Made by a program: the position numbers and the translations under genes | Part shown: positions 8,345 through 17,657 of the stretch, in pieces | How positions within the stretch are numbered: the stretch's first letter is position 1 | How the letters are laid out: every line of letters begins with the position of its first letter | Notes under the pieces: generated by a model | What the model saw: the letters and a program-made list of their open reading frames with translations, nothing else | The model's database searches: none | What the model was told of the DNA's origin: nothing | Source of the DNA: Deltaproteobacteria bacterium | GTDB lineage: Bacteria > Desulfobacterota > Syntrophia > Syntrophales > UBA2192 | Assembly: GCA_012728915.1 (NCBI GenBank) | Contig: JAAYEC010000075.1 | Span: forward strand, 82 to 64,081 | DNA length: 64,000 bases | Direction: 5' to 3'

Positions 8345-8665
8345 ATGTTCGAAATCACACCCAAAGCGGAAGAGATGATGCTTGCGTTCTTCAAGGAGCG
8401 CAACGAGAAGGCTCTCGTCCGGATATTCCTCAACGAGGGCGGCTGAGCGGGCCCCTCTCTGGGGATGGCTCTGGACGAGTCAAACGAAGGCGACGAGATT
8501 TTCACCCGCAACGGCCTCACCTTCATGATCGCGAAGACCCTCTATGAAGACGTAAAGCCGATCAAGGTCGACTTCATCGAGACCCCGCGCGGATCGGGGT
8601 ATGCGATCGAATCGAGCCTCAAGAAAGCGGACGGCTGCAGCGGCTGCGCGGGCTCCTGCGGATGA
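8345..8665 (+). CDS. HesB/IscA-like selenoprotein (Sec at codon 34, TGA 8444-8446)
   Basis: GGAGG then ATG at 8345. Reads MFEITPKAEE...VRIFLNEGG-U-AGPSLGMALDE...CSGCAGSCG. GG[U/C] is the A-type carrier motif; selB is in the same window. Confidence 0.88.
8467..8481 (+). promoter_or_regulatory. Putative bacterial SECIS hairpin
   Basis: GGCUC-UGGAC-GAGUC, with the apical loop 25 nt after the UGA and G in loop position 2. An extra CCCC-UCUCU-GGGG hairpin lies between them. Confidence 0.6.
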
Positions 8666-8691
8666 CCGGCGAGGAAATCGGCAGAGAACGT

Positions 8692-8718
8692 AAAGGGGGG
8701 CCTCGGCTCCCCTTTTTT
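8692..8718. terminator. Intrinsic terminator between convergent hesB-like and ABC-F genes
   Basis: aaaGGGGGGCCtcGGCTCCCCtttttt. Confidence 0.7.
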
Positions 8719-10688
8719 CATCCTTTCCGCTCCTCCTTCTCGATGGCATCGATCCTTCCCTGCAGGTCGCTCCAGCGCAGATAGAGGCTGTCGAGCGCCG
8801 GCGCGAGCTCCCGGTACTCGACCCCGAGCCCCTTCGCCCGGTTGCCGTCCCCATAGGTCGCGGGATCAGACAGCAGGGTCTCCAGCTCGGCCTTTCGCCT
8901 TTCCCTGGCGTCGATTTCCGCAAGCACCGCCTCCAGGCTCTCCCGCAGGGGCCTTATCCTGCGGTAGCGCTCCTGCCTCCGCTCGGCTTCCCCGCGCTTG
9001 CGGTCGCGCTCCTGCCGCAGGGGGCTTTTGCCGTCCGGGTCGGCATCCCCCCGGGGCTCGGCGCCCTGCGCCTCCCGCTCGTGCCAGATCCGCAGGTAGT
9101 CGTCGACGGAGCCCGGGTAGAGGACAATCCCTCCCTCGCGGGCCACGAGCACCTTCGTGACGAGGCCCGCCAGGAAATCCCGGTCGTGGGACACGATCAC
9201 GAAGGTCCCGTCGAACGCCCTCAGGGCCTCCTTCAACACTTCCTTTGAACGCCTGTCGAGGTGATTGGTGGGTTCGTCGAGGATCAGGAAATTGGCCGGC
9301 GCAAGGAGCATCCTGGCCAGGGCCAGCCGGCTTTTTTCCCCGCCGGAGAGCACGGAGACGCGCTTGAAGACGTCGTCGCCGGAAAACAGGAAGTGCCCCA
9401 GGAGCGTCCGGAGGTTGCCCCCCGCGCCGAAGGAGGCGACCTCCTCGACGGACTCCAGGACGGTCCTTTCCGGGTCCAGCGCGTCGGCCTGGTTCTGCGC
9501 GAAATAGGAGGCGGCGACCCGGTGCCCCTCGGTGCGCCGCCCGCTCTGGATGGGCTCGATGCCGGCCAGGACCCGGGCCAGCGTCGATTTCCCCGCGCCA
9601 TTGACCCCCAGCACGGCGATGCGGTCCCCGCGCTCGACGGTGAGCGATGCGCCCTGAAAGACGGTTGTGTCCCCGTAGCGTTTGTCCACGTCCTCGAGCT
9701 GCAGCACGACCTTCCCGGAGCGGGGCGGAGGGGGGAAGCGGAAGGCGATCTCCTGCTCGTCCCCGTCCAGCTCGATGAGATCGATCTTCTCGAGCCGCTT
9801 GAGGCGGCTCTGGACCTGTCGGGCTTTCGTGTTCTTGGCGCGGAAGCGCTCGACGAAGCGCTCCGTTTCGCGGATCATCTTCCGCTGGTTCCCAAAGGCC
9901 GCTTCCTGCAGGCTGCGCTGAGCCTCTTTTTCCCGCAGGTAACCCGAGTAGTTGCAGGCGTACTCCGTCACCCGGCCCCGGGAGATCTCGACGGTGCGGC
10001 CCACGAGGTTGTCAAGGAACCGCCGGTCGTGGGACACGAGCAGCAGCGCCCCCGCATAGTCCTTGAGGTAGCTTTCGAGCCATTCGAGGGATTCGATGTC
10101 GAGGTGGTTGGTGGGCTCGTCGAGAAGCAGCAGCGAGGGTTCGCGCAACAGCAGCTTCGCCAGTTCGATCCGCATCTGCCACCCGCTGCTGAACTCGCCC
10201 GAGGGGCGGCCCAGGTCCCGCTGCCGGAATCCGAGCCCGAAGAGAATCTCCTTGGCCCTCGCCTCGATGCGCCAGCCCTCGGCGTCCTCGATGCGATGCT
10301 GGACCCGCCCCAGTTCGGCAAGAAGGCCTTCGATCCCCGGGCCCGTTTCCCCGGCGGCGCTCCTCGACCGGATCTCCGCTGAAATACCATCGAACTGCTG
10401 ATGGAGTCGCCGTACGTCCTCGAAGGCCCTCAGGGTCTCCTCAAGAAGAGTCCGGCCCCTGTGCCCGATGAGTTCCTGGGGAAGGTAGCCCACGGTGGTG
10501 AACCGCGACCGGTGGAGAATCCCCGAGTCGGCCTCCACCTCTGCCACGATGATCTTCATCAACGTCGACTTGCCCGCCCCGTTGGGTCCGACGACGGCGA
10601 TCCGGTCGCGCTCGCCGATGAACAGCGACAGGTCTTCGAAAAGGATCTTCGGGCCGTACTGCTTGGAGATGTTGTCAATTGATAGCAT
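8718..10688 (-). CDS. ABC-F family ribosome-associated ATPase
   Basis: Two NBDs (GPNGAGKST, GVNGAGKST, LLLDEPTNHLD twice), no TM segments, C-terminal coiled coil. Confidence 0.93.
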   Translation of the reverse strand: MLSIDNISKQYGPKILFEDLSLFIGERDRIAVVGPNGAGKSTLMKIIVAEVEADSGILHRSRFTTVGYLPQELIGHRGRTLLEETLRAFEDVRRLHQQFDGISAEIRSRSAAGETGPGIEGLLAELGRVQHRIEDAEGWRIEARAKEILFGLGFRQRDLGRPSGEFSSGWQMRIELAKLLLREPSLLLLDEPTNHLDIESLEWLESYLKDYAGALLLVSHDRRFLDNLVGRTVEISRGRVTEYACNYSGYLREKEAQRSLQEAAFGNQRKMIRETERFVERFRAKNTKARQVQSRLKRLEKIDLIELDGDEQEIAFRFPPPPRSGKVVLQLEDVDKRYGDTTVFQGASLTVERGDRIAVLGVNGAGKSTLARVLAGIEPIQSGRRTEGHRVAASYFAQNQADALDPERTVLESVEEVASFGAGGNLRTLLGHFLFSGDDVFKRVSVLSGGEKSRLALARMLLAPANFLILDEPTNHLDRRSKEVLKEALRAFDGTFVIVSHDRDFLAGLVTKVLVAREGGIVLYPGSVDDYLRIWHEREAQGAEPRGDADPDGKSPLRQERDRKRGEAERRQERYRRIRPLRESLEAVLAEIDARERRKAELETLLSDPATYGDGNRAKGLGVEYRELAPALDSLYLRWSDLQGRIDAIEKEERKG

Positions 10689-10861
10689 GGCTTACGGCAA
10701 AGGGCTCAGGACAAACGACGAAAGGCCGGGAAACAGGGGGCGCCCTTTCCTCTTCGAAGCCCCATGCCTTTCGGCTTTCACCTTTCGCCCTGATTGCAAA
10801 CGAAAGGCGAGAACAACCGTCCTCGCCTTGTAACCCATATCGATTTCGTTTGCAATCAGAC

Positions 10862-11359
10862 TCAGGCGTATTCCGTGTTCGACGTCAGGTGCGCAAGCGC
10901 CCTCTCGCCGATGAGCAGAACGCGCGTGTGATTGAGTCTCGAGGCAAGCAGCCGCGTGAGCCCCTTCATGATCTCGAATCCCATCTCGCAGTCCTCTTCC
11001 ATGAGGGCCCTCATCTTGCCGCCGTCGAAGACGGTCATCTTCGTCGGTTCGGCAATCAGCGCGCTGAGGGTGTGGAGGTTGGGCTCGACGAAGGCGGACC
11101 AGCCGAAGGCTTCCCGGCGCGTCACGACGTCGATGATGACCTGCATCGGGGGACGCGCCGGTCCCATGTCGCTCTTCATTTCCAGGAAGACCTTGCCCTG
11201 TTCGACCAGGTAGAGGTGAGTCGACGGATCCCCTTCCTTGTACAGCAGGGTTCCCGTCGGGAAGGATTCCTCCCTTGCGATCTCAACGAGCTTGCCGATC
11301 TGCGCGTCGCTCAGTCCGCTGAAGACGTTACATTCCTTCAAAAAAGCCGCTGATGCCAT
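10862..11359 (-). CDS. Cyclic nucleotide-binding domain protein (no HTH)
   Basis: LYKEGDP...LYLVEQGKV...EAFGWSA: cNMP fold signature. Confidence 0.85.
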   Translation of the reverse strand: MASAAFLKECNVFSGLSDAQIGKLVEIAREESFPTGTLLYKEGDPSTHLYLVEQGKVFLEMKSDMGPARPPMQVIIDVVTRREAFGWSAFVEPNLHTLSALIAEPTKMTVFDGGKMRALMEEDCEMGFEIMKGLTRLLASRLNHTRVLLIGERALAHLTSNTEYA

Positions 11360-11474
11360 GGGACCTCACCTCCTTGCCGGGATAAACGGGATGACCCTTT
11401 TCATCTTTATATCAGCCTTCGGGTCCGAATTCTATCGGAAAATTCCGGCTGCCCCCTGGCCCTCCCCCCCCATC

Positions 11475-11503
11475 AAAAACGGCGCCGTGGAGGGCGCCGT
11501 TTT
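11475..11503. terminator. Intrinsic terminator after the cold-shock gene
   Basis: AAAAACGGCGCC-gtggag-GGCGCCGTTTT. Confidence 0.75.
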
Positions 11504-11521
11504 CCGAGGGTCTTGTCGCGT

Positions 11522-11722
11522 TCAGATCACTTCCACGTTTTTCGCCTTCGGCCCCCTGTCGGTCGTCTCGACCTCGAACTGGACCCGCTGTCCCTCCTGC
11601 AGGCTTCTGAACCCGGCAGCCCGGATGGACGTATAATGGACGAAGAGATCACCGCCCCCGTCCTGCTGAATGAAGCCGAATCCCTTTTTCTCGTTGAACC
11701 ACTTTACGATTCCCTGCGCCAT
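11522..11722 (-). CDS. Cold-shock protein (CspA family)
   Basis: [18 protein letters not shown]...LFVHY; strong SD; long 5' leader after TTGACA-N18-TATGGT (about 11859-11888). Confidence 0.96.
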   Translation of the reverse strand: MAQGIVKWFNEKKGFGFIQQDGGGDLFVHYTSIRAAGFRSLQEGQRVQFEVETTDRGPKAKNVEVI

Positions 11723-11969
11723 CGTGCTCCCTCCTGTGAAAAATTCTCGATGGCCGGGAGCAGACACTCTGACAGAACAACCGGGAACCGTCCGACAGAC
11801 CCCGGATCGGCGGTCCCTGTCCCCTCCAGAATGGTCCCCCCCTTAGACCACAGCGCGAACCATATCGCCGCCCCGCGACGCCTGTCAAGCACATTTTGAG
11901 GCGCCGGCGCGGAGCAGGAGACCCGTCCGCATTGCAGGAACCGGGGGTTTGTGCCATACTCCGCCCATC

Positions 11970-13010
11970 ATGACACCCCTGCGAATGACGGGTCGGGGCC
12001 TCGCCTGCGAGGCCGGCGGCTTCGACATCGATCCCCGGACGCCCGTGGCGCGGGCCGTCATCACCCACGCGCACGCCGACCACGTCGTCCGCGGGTGCGG
12101 GGCGTACCTCGCGGCCCGGGAAGGGGCCCACGTCCTGAGAAGCCGGCTGGGCAACGACGCCCTCGTGCGGTTCGTGGAATACGGGGAATCCGTTGTCCTC
12201 GACGGGATTCGCCTGTCGCTGCACCCGGCGGGCCACATCCTGGGGTCGGCCCAGGTCCGGGTCGAGCACCGGGGCCGCGTCACCGTTTTCAGCGGCGACT
12301 ACAAGCTCCAGCCCGATCCCACCTGCACGCCCTTCGAGCCCCTGCGCTGCCACTGCTTCATCACGGAGTCCACCTTCGGCCTTCCCGTTTACCGCTGGGA
12401 CGACCCGGCGCAGGTCCTGGCCGACATTCGCGCCTGGTGGCGCTCCAACCGGGAGGCAGGCCGCGCCAGCGTGCTCTTCGCCTACGTCCTCGGCAAGGCG
12501 CAGCGGGTTCTTGCGGGCCTCGATCCCGCCATCGGGCCCATCTTCACGCACGCCTCGGTGGAGGAGATGAACCGCCGGTACCGGATGAGCGGGGTGGGAT
12601 TGCCGAACACGGCCGCCGTCGAGGCGGCAGGCCGGAAGGCGGACTTCGGCCGAGCCCTCATCCTCGCGCCGCCCTCGGCCCGCCGCACGAGCTGGATGAA
12701 GACCTTCGGCGAGTGCTCCACCGCCCTGGTCTCGGGCTGGATGCGCCTGCGCGGCATGCGGCGGCGGCGCGGCGTCGACCGCGGCTTTGCGCTCTCCGAC
12801 CACGCGGACTGGCCCGGCCTCATGGAGGCCGTCGCGGCAACGGGCGCCGGCGAGGTTCTCGTCACCCACGGCTACGTCGACCCCGTGGTCCGCATGCTCC
12901 GGGAAAAGGGTCTGGACGCGAAGCCGCTGACGGCAAAGCCTGCCGAGGACGAAACGACGGAAGATCGACCCCCTCGTGCCCTGGGCCCGCAGGCCTGGGA
13001 ATTCCCTTAA
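11970..13010 (+). CDS. Metallo-beta-lactamase-fold exonuclease (ligase-associated DNA damage response type)
   Basis: ITHAHADH, PAGHILGSAQ, SGDYK, ITESTFGLPVYRW, GKAQR, SDHADW, VTHG. Promoter TTGCAG-N17-CATACT 9 nt before ATG, no SD (near-leaderless). Confidence 0.9.
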   Translation: MTPLRMTGRGLACEAGGFDIDPRTPVARAVITHAHADHVVRGCGAYLAAREGAHVLRSRLGNDALVRFVEYGESVVLDGIRLSLHPAGHILGSAQVRVEHRGRVTVFSGDYKLQPDPTCTPFEPLRCHCFITESTFGLPVYRWDDPAQVLADIRAWWRSNREAGRASVLFAYVLGKAQRVLAGLDPAIGPIFTHASVEEMNRRYRMSGVGLPNTAAVEAAGRKADFGRALILAPPSARRTSWMKTFGECSTALVSGWMRLRGMRRRRGVDRGFALSDHADWPGLMEAVAATGAGEVLVTHGYVDPVVRMLREKGLDAKPLTAKPAEDETTEDRPPRALGPQAWEFP

Positions 13011-13095
13011 CCCTTAGCCCTTCGCCCTCCGTCTTCGGTCTCTTCCCCTTCGCACCTGACGAGCTGTGAGCGCGCCTTCGGGAACAGGTCCCCGC

Positions 13096-14670
13096 TCAGG
13101 CATCGTCCGCGGGGAGGTAATCCACGGTAAAGCCGCCGCCCCCCGCGTCGAAGCGAAGGCAGGAGTTACGCCGCCAGCGGCTGTCGTCCTGCGCCGGGTA
13201 ATCGCCCCGCAGGAAACTCCCGCGGCTCTCTTTCCTGCCGATGCCCGCCTCCAGGACGGCCTTCAGCGTTACGGCCCCGGCGCGGAGATCGCAGTGCGCG
13301 AGCTTCTCCGCCGCGCTCCCCGGGGCAAGCCGCCCCAGCCGCTCCTCGATCCCGCCGAGCGCGGAAAGGGCCTCGCGCATGGAGTCCTCCGTCCTGATGA
13401 TCCCGGCTCCCCTCCAGGCCGCCTCCTGCAGCGCGGCCCGAAGCGCCCGGTAATCCGCCGCCGTCCCGGCGTCTTCGGGACCGGCCGCGGGCTTCGCTCC
13501 CGGCACGGGGGACGGGACGGTCGCCGCGCCCTGGGCCAGTTCCGCGGCAAACCGGCCCGCAAGCGCCCCCGACACGACGCACTCCGTCAGCGCGTTGCCG
13601 CCGAGACGGTTGGCCCCGTGGAGGCCCCAGAGGATCTCGCCGCAGGCAAAGAGCCCCATCAGGTCCGTCTCGCCGGTCTCGGCCGCCCGCACGCCGCCCA
13701 TCATGAAGTGCGCCGCCGGGGCGACGGCCACGGGCCTTTCCCGGAAGGGGAAACGGAACCGCCGGAAGATGGCCAGGGGGTGCACGCTCCAGGCCGCGGC
13801 GGGAACCGCCCGGAGGTCGAGAAAGACGCCCCCCGCTTGCGACTCCTCGAAGAGCAGCGCCGAGAAGCGATCGCGCTTCTTGACGATCGCGTCGTTGACA
13901 TCGGCCAGGCCGTGCTTTGCGAGCAGATCGGCCCCGGAGACATCGATCAGCTTCGCCTCCCCCGCAAACGGCGGATAGACGATGAGGGCGGGCAGCCCCG
14001 GTTCGGCGAGCACGAGGGGATAGAACTGCACGAACTCCATGTCCAGCAGGGGGAGACCGGCCCGCGCGGCCAGCGCGTACCCCTGCCCCATGATCCGCTT
14101 CTGGTTATCGTGCCTTCGCCAGACGGCCCCGGCCCCACCTGCAGCCAGGACCACGGCCGGTCCCCCGATCTCGAGCGGCTCTCCCTTCCGGTTGAAGCCC
14201 CGGACGCCGCAGGCGCGGCCCTCACGGTGAAGGAGTTCCGTCACGCAGAAGCCCGGCAGGGTGTGGATGCCGTCGAGGCCCCGCACGTAACCCGCCAGCT
14301 TCCGCATCAGGGTCACCCCGGGGATCACCCGCGGGTCCGGCGACACGACGGTTCTCCGGGCGCCGCGCTCCCTCAATGGAACCCCGACGGAATGAAGGAG
14401 CCGGAGTGCCGGCGGCGCCTCGCGGGCCATGAGCCGGACCCGCGAGCCGCTGTTGAGCCCGTCGCCCGCGCGCAGCGTATCCCGGACGTAATCCTCGGGC
14501 CCATAGGTTTCCGAAGGACCCGTCATCACCCCGTTGGCCAGGGCGGAGTTCGTCCCCAGCCCGATGGGGCCCCGGTCGACCACGAGAACCGATGCCCCCT
14601 CCTTCCGTGCGGCGAGTGCCGCCATCAGCCCGGCAAGGCCTGCCCCGATGATGATGACCCGGTTCGTCAT
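13096..14670 (-). CDS. FAD-dependent oxidoreductase, L-aspartate oxidase/SdhA/FrdA flavoprotein superfamily
   Basis: IIGAGLAGL, DMEFVQFYP, AHFMMGG, GLFACGE..GLHGANRLGGNAL, RKESRG. Confidence 0.88.
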   Translation of the reverse strand: MTNRVIIIGAGLAGLMAALAARKEGASVLVVDRGPIGLGTNSALANGVMTGPSETYGPEDYVRDTLRAGDGLNSGSRVRLMAREAPPALRLLHSVGVPLRERGARRTVVSPDPRVIPGVTLMRKLAGYVRGLDGIHTLPGFCVTELLHREGRACGVRGFNRKGEPLEIGGPAVVLAAGGAGAVWRRHDNQKRIMGQGYALAARAGLPLLDMEFVQFYPLVLAEPGLPALIVYPPFAGEAKLIDVSGADLLAKHGLADVNDAIVKKRDRFSALLFEESQAGGVFLDLRAVPAAAWSVHPLAIFRRFRFPFRERPVAVAPAAHFMMGGVRAAETGETDLMGLFACGEILWGLHGANRLGGNALTECVVSGALAGRFAAELAQGAATVPSPVPGAKPAAGPEDAGTAADYRALRAALQEAAWRGAGIIRTEDSMREALSALGGIEERLGRLAPGSAAEKLAHCDLRAGAVTLKAVLEAGIGRKESRGSFLRGDYPAQDDSRWRRNSCLRFDAGGGGFTVDYLPADDA

Positions 14671-14753
14671 GCCTCCGGGAATCTCCTTTCGAAAGCCTTG
14701 GCCGCTTCCGGCGGCTCGCCCCGGAAACGGCCATCCCGAGGGCTCCGTCGGCC

Positions 14754-15644
14754 TCACTCGAACCCCTTGTCGTAAAGGGCCTGCCGGGACGGGATCCCCG
14801 CTCGGCCGCCCATCCTCGTCGCCACCTGCGCGGCCGCCCAGGCGGCGAGGTCGAAGCATCTCTCCGGCTCCCACCCGCGGACCAGTCCGTAGGCGAGCCC
14901 GGCGTGGAATACATCGCCGCAGCCCGTCGTGTCGACGGCCACCACGGCGCAGGCGGGCTTCACGATCGTCCGCCCGCCGAACATCGCCGCGTAACCCCTC
15001 GCGCCCAGGGTGACGCCTGCGATTCGCGCCCCCCGCTCGAGGATCATCCGGCAGGCCCCCAGGGGGTCGTCCCCGCCGGTCAGTGCCCGGGCGAAGGTCT
15101 CGGAGGCCACGAAACAATCGCTCGTCCGCGCCAGCTCCAGCATCCCCTCCCGGAGGGTCCCCGCATCGACGGAGACGAGGACTCCCGCCGCCCTCGCCTC
15201 CGACGCGGCGGCCAGGGACGCCTCGGGGAAAAGGCCGTCGGTGTGCAGGACCCGGCAGCCCCGGAGAATCTCCATCCGGAGCTCCGACGGCGCGAGCGCC
15301 ATGCCCGTCGGCCTCTGCCAGAAGATGGTCCGCCGGCCGCCGGGCTCGACGGCGATGAAGGCGTACTGGGAGCGATGCCCGGGCCTCGGGACGAGGCCCG
15401 ATGCATCCACCCCCTCGTCCCGGAGGAAGGCTGCGATCCGGCCCCCGAAATCATCGTCGCCGGTCACCCCGGCGAAGTGACAGGCAAGACCCCAGCGGGA
15501 GAGGGCTGCAAGGGCCGTGGCCACTGGACCGCCGCCCTGGATGACCATGTCCCGGAACTCGCATTTGCTGTCGGGGTGGGGCCACGCGGGGATTCGAGCG
15601 ATCACGTCGAGGGAGCACTGGCCGAGACCGTAGACGTCCATCAT
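14754..15644 (-). CDS. PfkB/ribokinase-family carbohydrate kinase
   Basis: GGGPVATA, GDDDFG, VTLGARG, VDTTGCGDVF. Confidence 0.9.
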   Translation of the reverse strand: MMDVYGLGQCSLDVIARIPAWPHPDSKCEFRDMVIQGGGPVATALAALSRWGLACHFAGVTGDDDFGGRIAAFLRDEGVDASGLVPRPGHRSQYAFIAVEPGGRRTIFWQRPTGMALAPSELRMEILRGCRVLHTDGLFPEASLAAASEARAAGVLVSVDAGTLREGMLELARTSDCFVASETFARALTGGDDPLGACRMILERGARIAGVTLGARGYAAMFGGRTIVKPACAVVAVDTTGCGDVFHAGLAYGLVRGWEPERCFDLAAWAAAQVATRMGGRAGIPSRQALYDKGFE

Positions 15645-15751
15645 CCTCCGGCGTTGAATCGTGAGCGTTGAGTCATGATCGGTAGGCGGGGACGGGTCTC
15701 CTCCGTCCAACGCCCAGCGCTCAAAACGCATGACCGTTTTTTCAGGAGGGG

Positions 15752-16678
15752 TCATTCGCAGAGGCTGTCCGTCAACTCGCCCCGGAGCCAGCGCTCGGCC
15801 AGGGCACGGGTCAGGCCGATATCGCTATCCGACCGCTTCGCCGCCTCTTCGAGCAGGGCCATCGTCGAGCGGACCTTCTCCCCCATCCCGAGCAGGGCGT
15901 AGATCCGCACGCTCTGCTCCCAGGATCGCACCGCAGCGGCGTCATCCCGCACCCCTGCGCGGCACCGGCCCAGGGCGGCGAGGTCATCGGCGATCCCGCC
16001 GTAGAAGCCGGCCTTGCGGTCGCGCTCCAGGGCCCTGTCGAAATAGGGGGCTGCCTCCTGGAACCGGGACTGGCCGAGCAGGAGTTCGCCCATGGCGTAA
16101 TTGGCGGCCGCCCCGCCTTCCGGATGCCCCCGGCCGACGGCATCGAGGGCTTCCTTCAGCACCGTCTCGGCCCCCTTGACGTCGCCCAGCCGGGCCAGGA
16201 GGATTCCCTTCACCGTGAGGGCCGGGACAAACGGCGTGCCGCCGTTTTCGATCTTCAGCGCCGCGTCGATGTTCTTTCCGGCCGATGCCAGATCCCCCGT
16301 GTCAGCCTGGGCCGCCGCGAGGTTCGACAGGGCCTGGCGCACCCTGTCAGGCTCACCGGGGTCCCCGTAGAGCCGCAGGGCATCTTCGAAGAAGGGGATC
16401 GCCGCCCCGGCCTCCCCGATCGCGCGGTACACGACGCCGATGTTGTTTGCGCTCATGGCCATGCCCTGCCTGTCCCCGACGGCGGTATAGAGCTCCTGCG
16501 CGCGGGTGAAGTGTTCCAGGGCCCTTGCATAGCAGCCCCTCTCGTAATAGGGCGTCCCCCTGGCGGTCTGCTCGGCGCCCGCGCTGAGGTGACCGGGAAC
16601 GACGGCCTCCTTCCTGCCGCCGCACGAGGCCGCCAGGATCGCCAGAATCACCAACAGGCAGCGCTTTACCGTTTTCAT
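15752..16678 (-). CDS. TPR-repeat lipoprotein
   Basis: Lipobox ILAASC; repeated TPR helices (NNIGVVY...A...FEDAL). Confidence 0.85.
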   Translation of the reverse strand: MKTVKRCLLVILAILAASCGGRKEAVVPGHLSAGAEQTARGTPYYERGCYARALEHFTRAQELYTAVGDRQGMAMSANNIGVVYRAIGEAGAAIPFFEDALRLYGDPGEPDRVRQALSNLAAAQADTGDLASAGKNIDAALKIENGGTPFVPALTVKGILLARLGDVKGAETVLKEALDAVGRGHPEGGAAANYAMGELLLGQSRFQEAAPYFDRALERDRKAGFYGGIADDLAALGRCRAGVRDDAAAVRSWEQSVRIYALLGMGEKVRSTMALLEEAAKRSDSDIGLTRALAERWLRGELTDSLCE

Positions 16679-16685
16679 AGCCGAC

Positions 16686-17633
16686 TCACCTCCTCAGGCC
16701 TGCGTCCAGGTCCTTGCCCTCCGGCTTCGGGGGGAGGTTTCCCTTGATGAGCGGGTTCTTCTCCAGGGACTTGACGACGCGGTTGATCTCGTCGACCCCG
16801 TCCCGGACCTCCCGGATACCGCGCTGCGTCGCCCGGATCAGGGCGGGCACATCGCGACTCCCCTTCTCGAGGTTGGCCGTGATCTCCCGGATCTTCTCCA
16901 TGCTTTCCTTCAGGTTCTCCGTGACCCCGGGGGTGGCACCCTCGAGATTCTTCAACACGTTGTCCAGCCGCTCCATGGACGTGTTCACCCGGTCGATGAG
17001 CTCATCCGACCGCAGCAGCTGCCCGACCGTTCCCTTGCCCTCCTTGAGATCGTTGGTGACGAGCTCCACGTTCCTCAGGTTCTTCTCGATGGCGTTGAGG
17101 GAGCCGAAGAGGGGCCCCTCGGGGTCGCGCAGCTCGTCGATGATGTCGGCCAGGTTGCGGATCGTCTCCGTCAGGCGCTTGGCCGTCTCCTCCACCTCGT
17201 ACTCGGCCAGCACCTCCGAGAGGGTCCGTTTCTCCTCGGACTTGACCGTCCCTCCCGGTTCGACGAGCCGGCTCTCGGGCTTTCCGGGGCGGACGGCCAC
17301 GTACTCGGATCCGATGAAGGTGGGGCTCTCGACGGTCACCACCGTGTCCTCCCGGAACCGCGTGTGGTACTCCTCGAAGATCGAGAGCCGGACCCGGACG
17401 GCGTCCCCGACGAGCGACACGCTCCGCACCTTCCCGATGTCGGCCTTGTAGAGCTTCACGGGGGATCCCGGCGCGAGGTTGTAGTTCTCCTTGAACTGCG
17501 CGTAGTAGGTCACCGTCGGCCGGAACCAGTCCTTGCCCCGCCCGATGAGGACGACGGAGCCCACCATGAGGGAAAGGACGGCGATGATGAAGATGCCGAC
17601 CGCCCGGTCCATCCTGCTGAATTTCAGTTCCAT
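16686..17633 (-). CDS. MCE/MlaD family protein with long helical C-terminus
   Basis: N-terminal TM, LAPGSPVKL..IGKV, FIGSEYVAVRPG, GKGTVGQLL. Confidence 0.9.
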   Translation of the reverse strand: MELKFSRMDRAVGIFIIAVLSLMVGSVVLIGRGKDWFRPTVTYYAQFKENYNLAPGSPVKLYKADIGKVRSVSLVGDAVRVRLSIFEEYHTRFREDTVVTVESPTFIGSEYVAVRPGKPESRLVEPGGTVKSEEKRTLSEVLAEYEVEETAKRLTETIRNLADIIDELRDPEGPLFGSLNAIEKNLRNVELVTNDLKEGKGTVGQLLRSDELIDRVNTSMERLDNVLKNLEGATPGVTENLKESMEKIREITANLEKGSRDVPALIRATQRGIREVRDGVDEINRVVKSLEKNPLIKGNLPPKPEGKDLDAGLRR

Positions 17634-17657
17634 GTGCTCCTCGCAGCGGGGCGGCGC

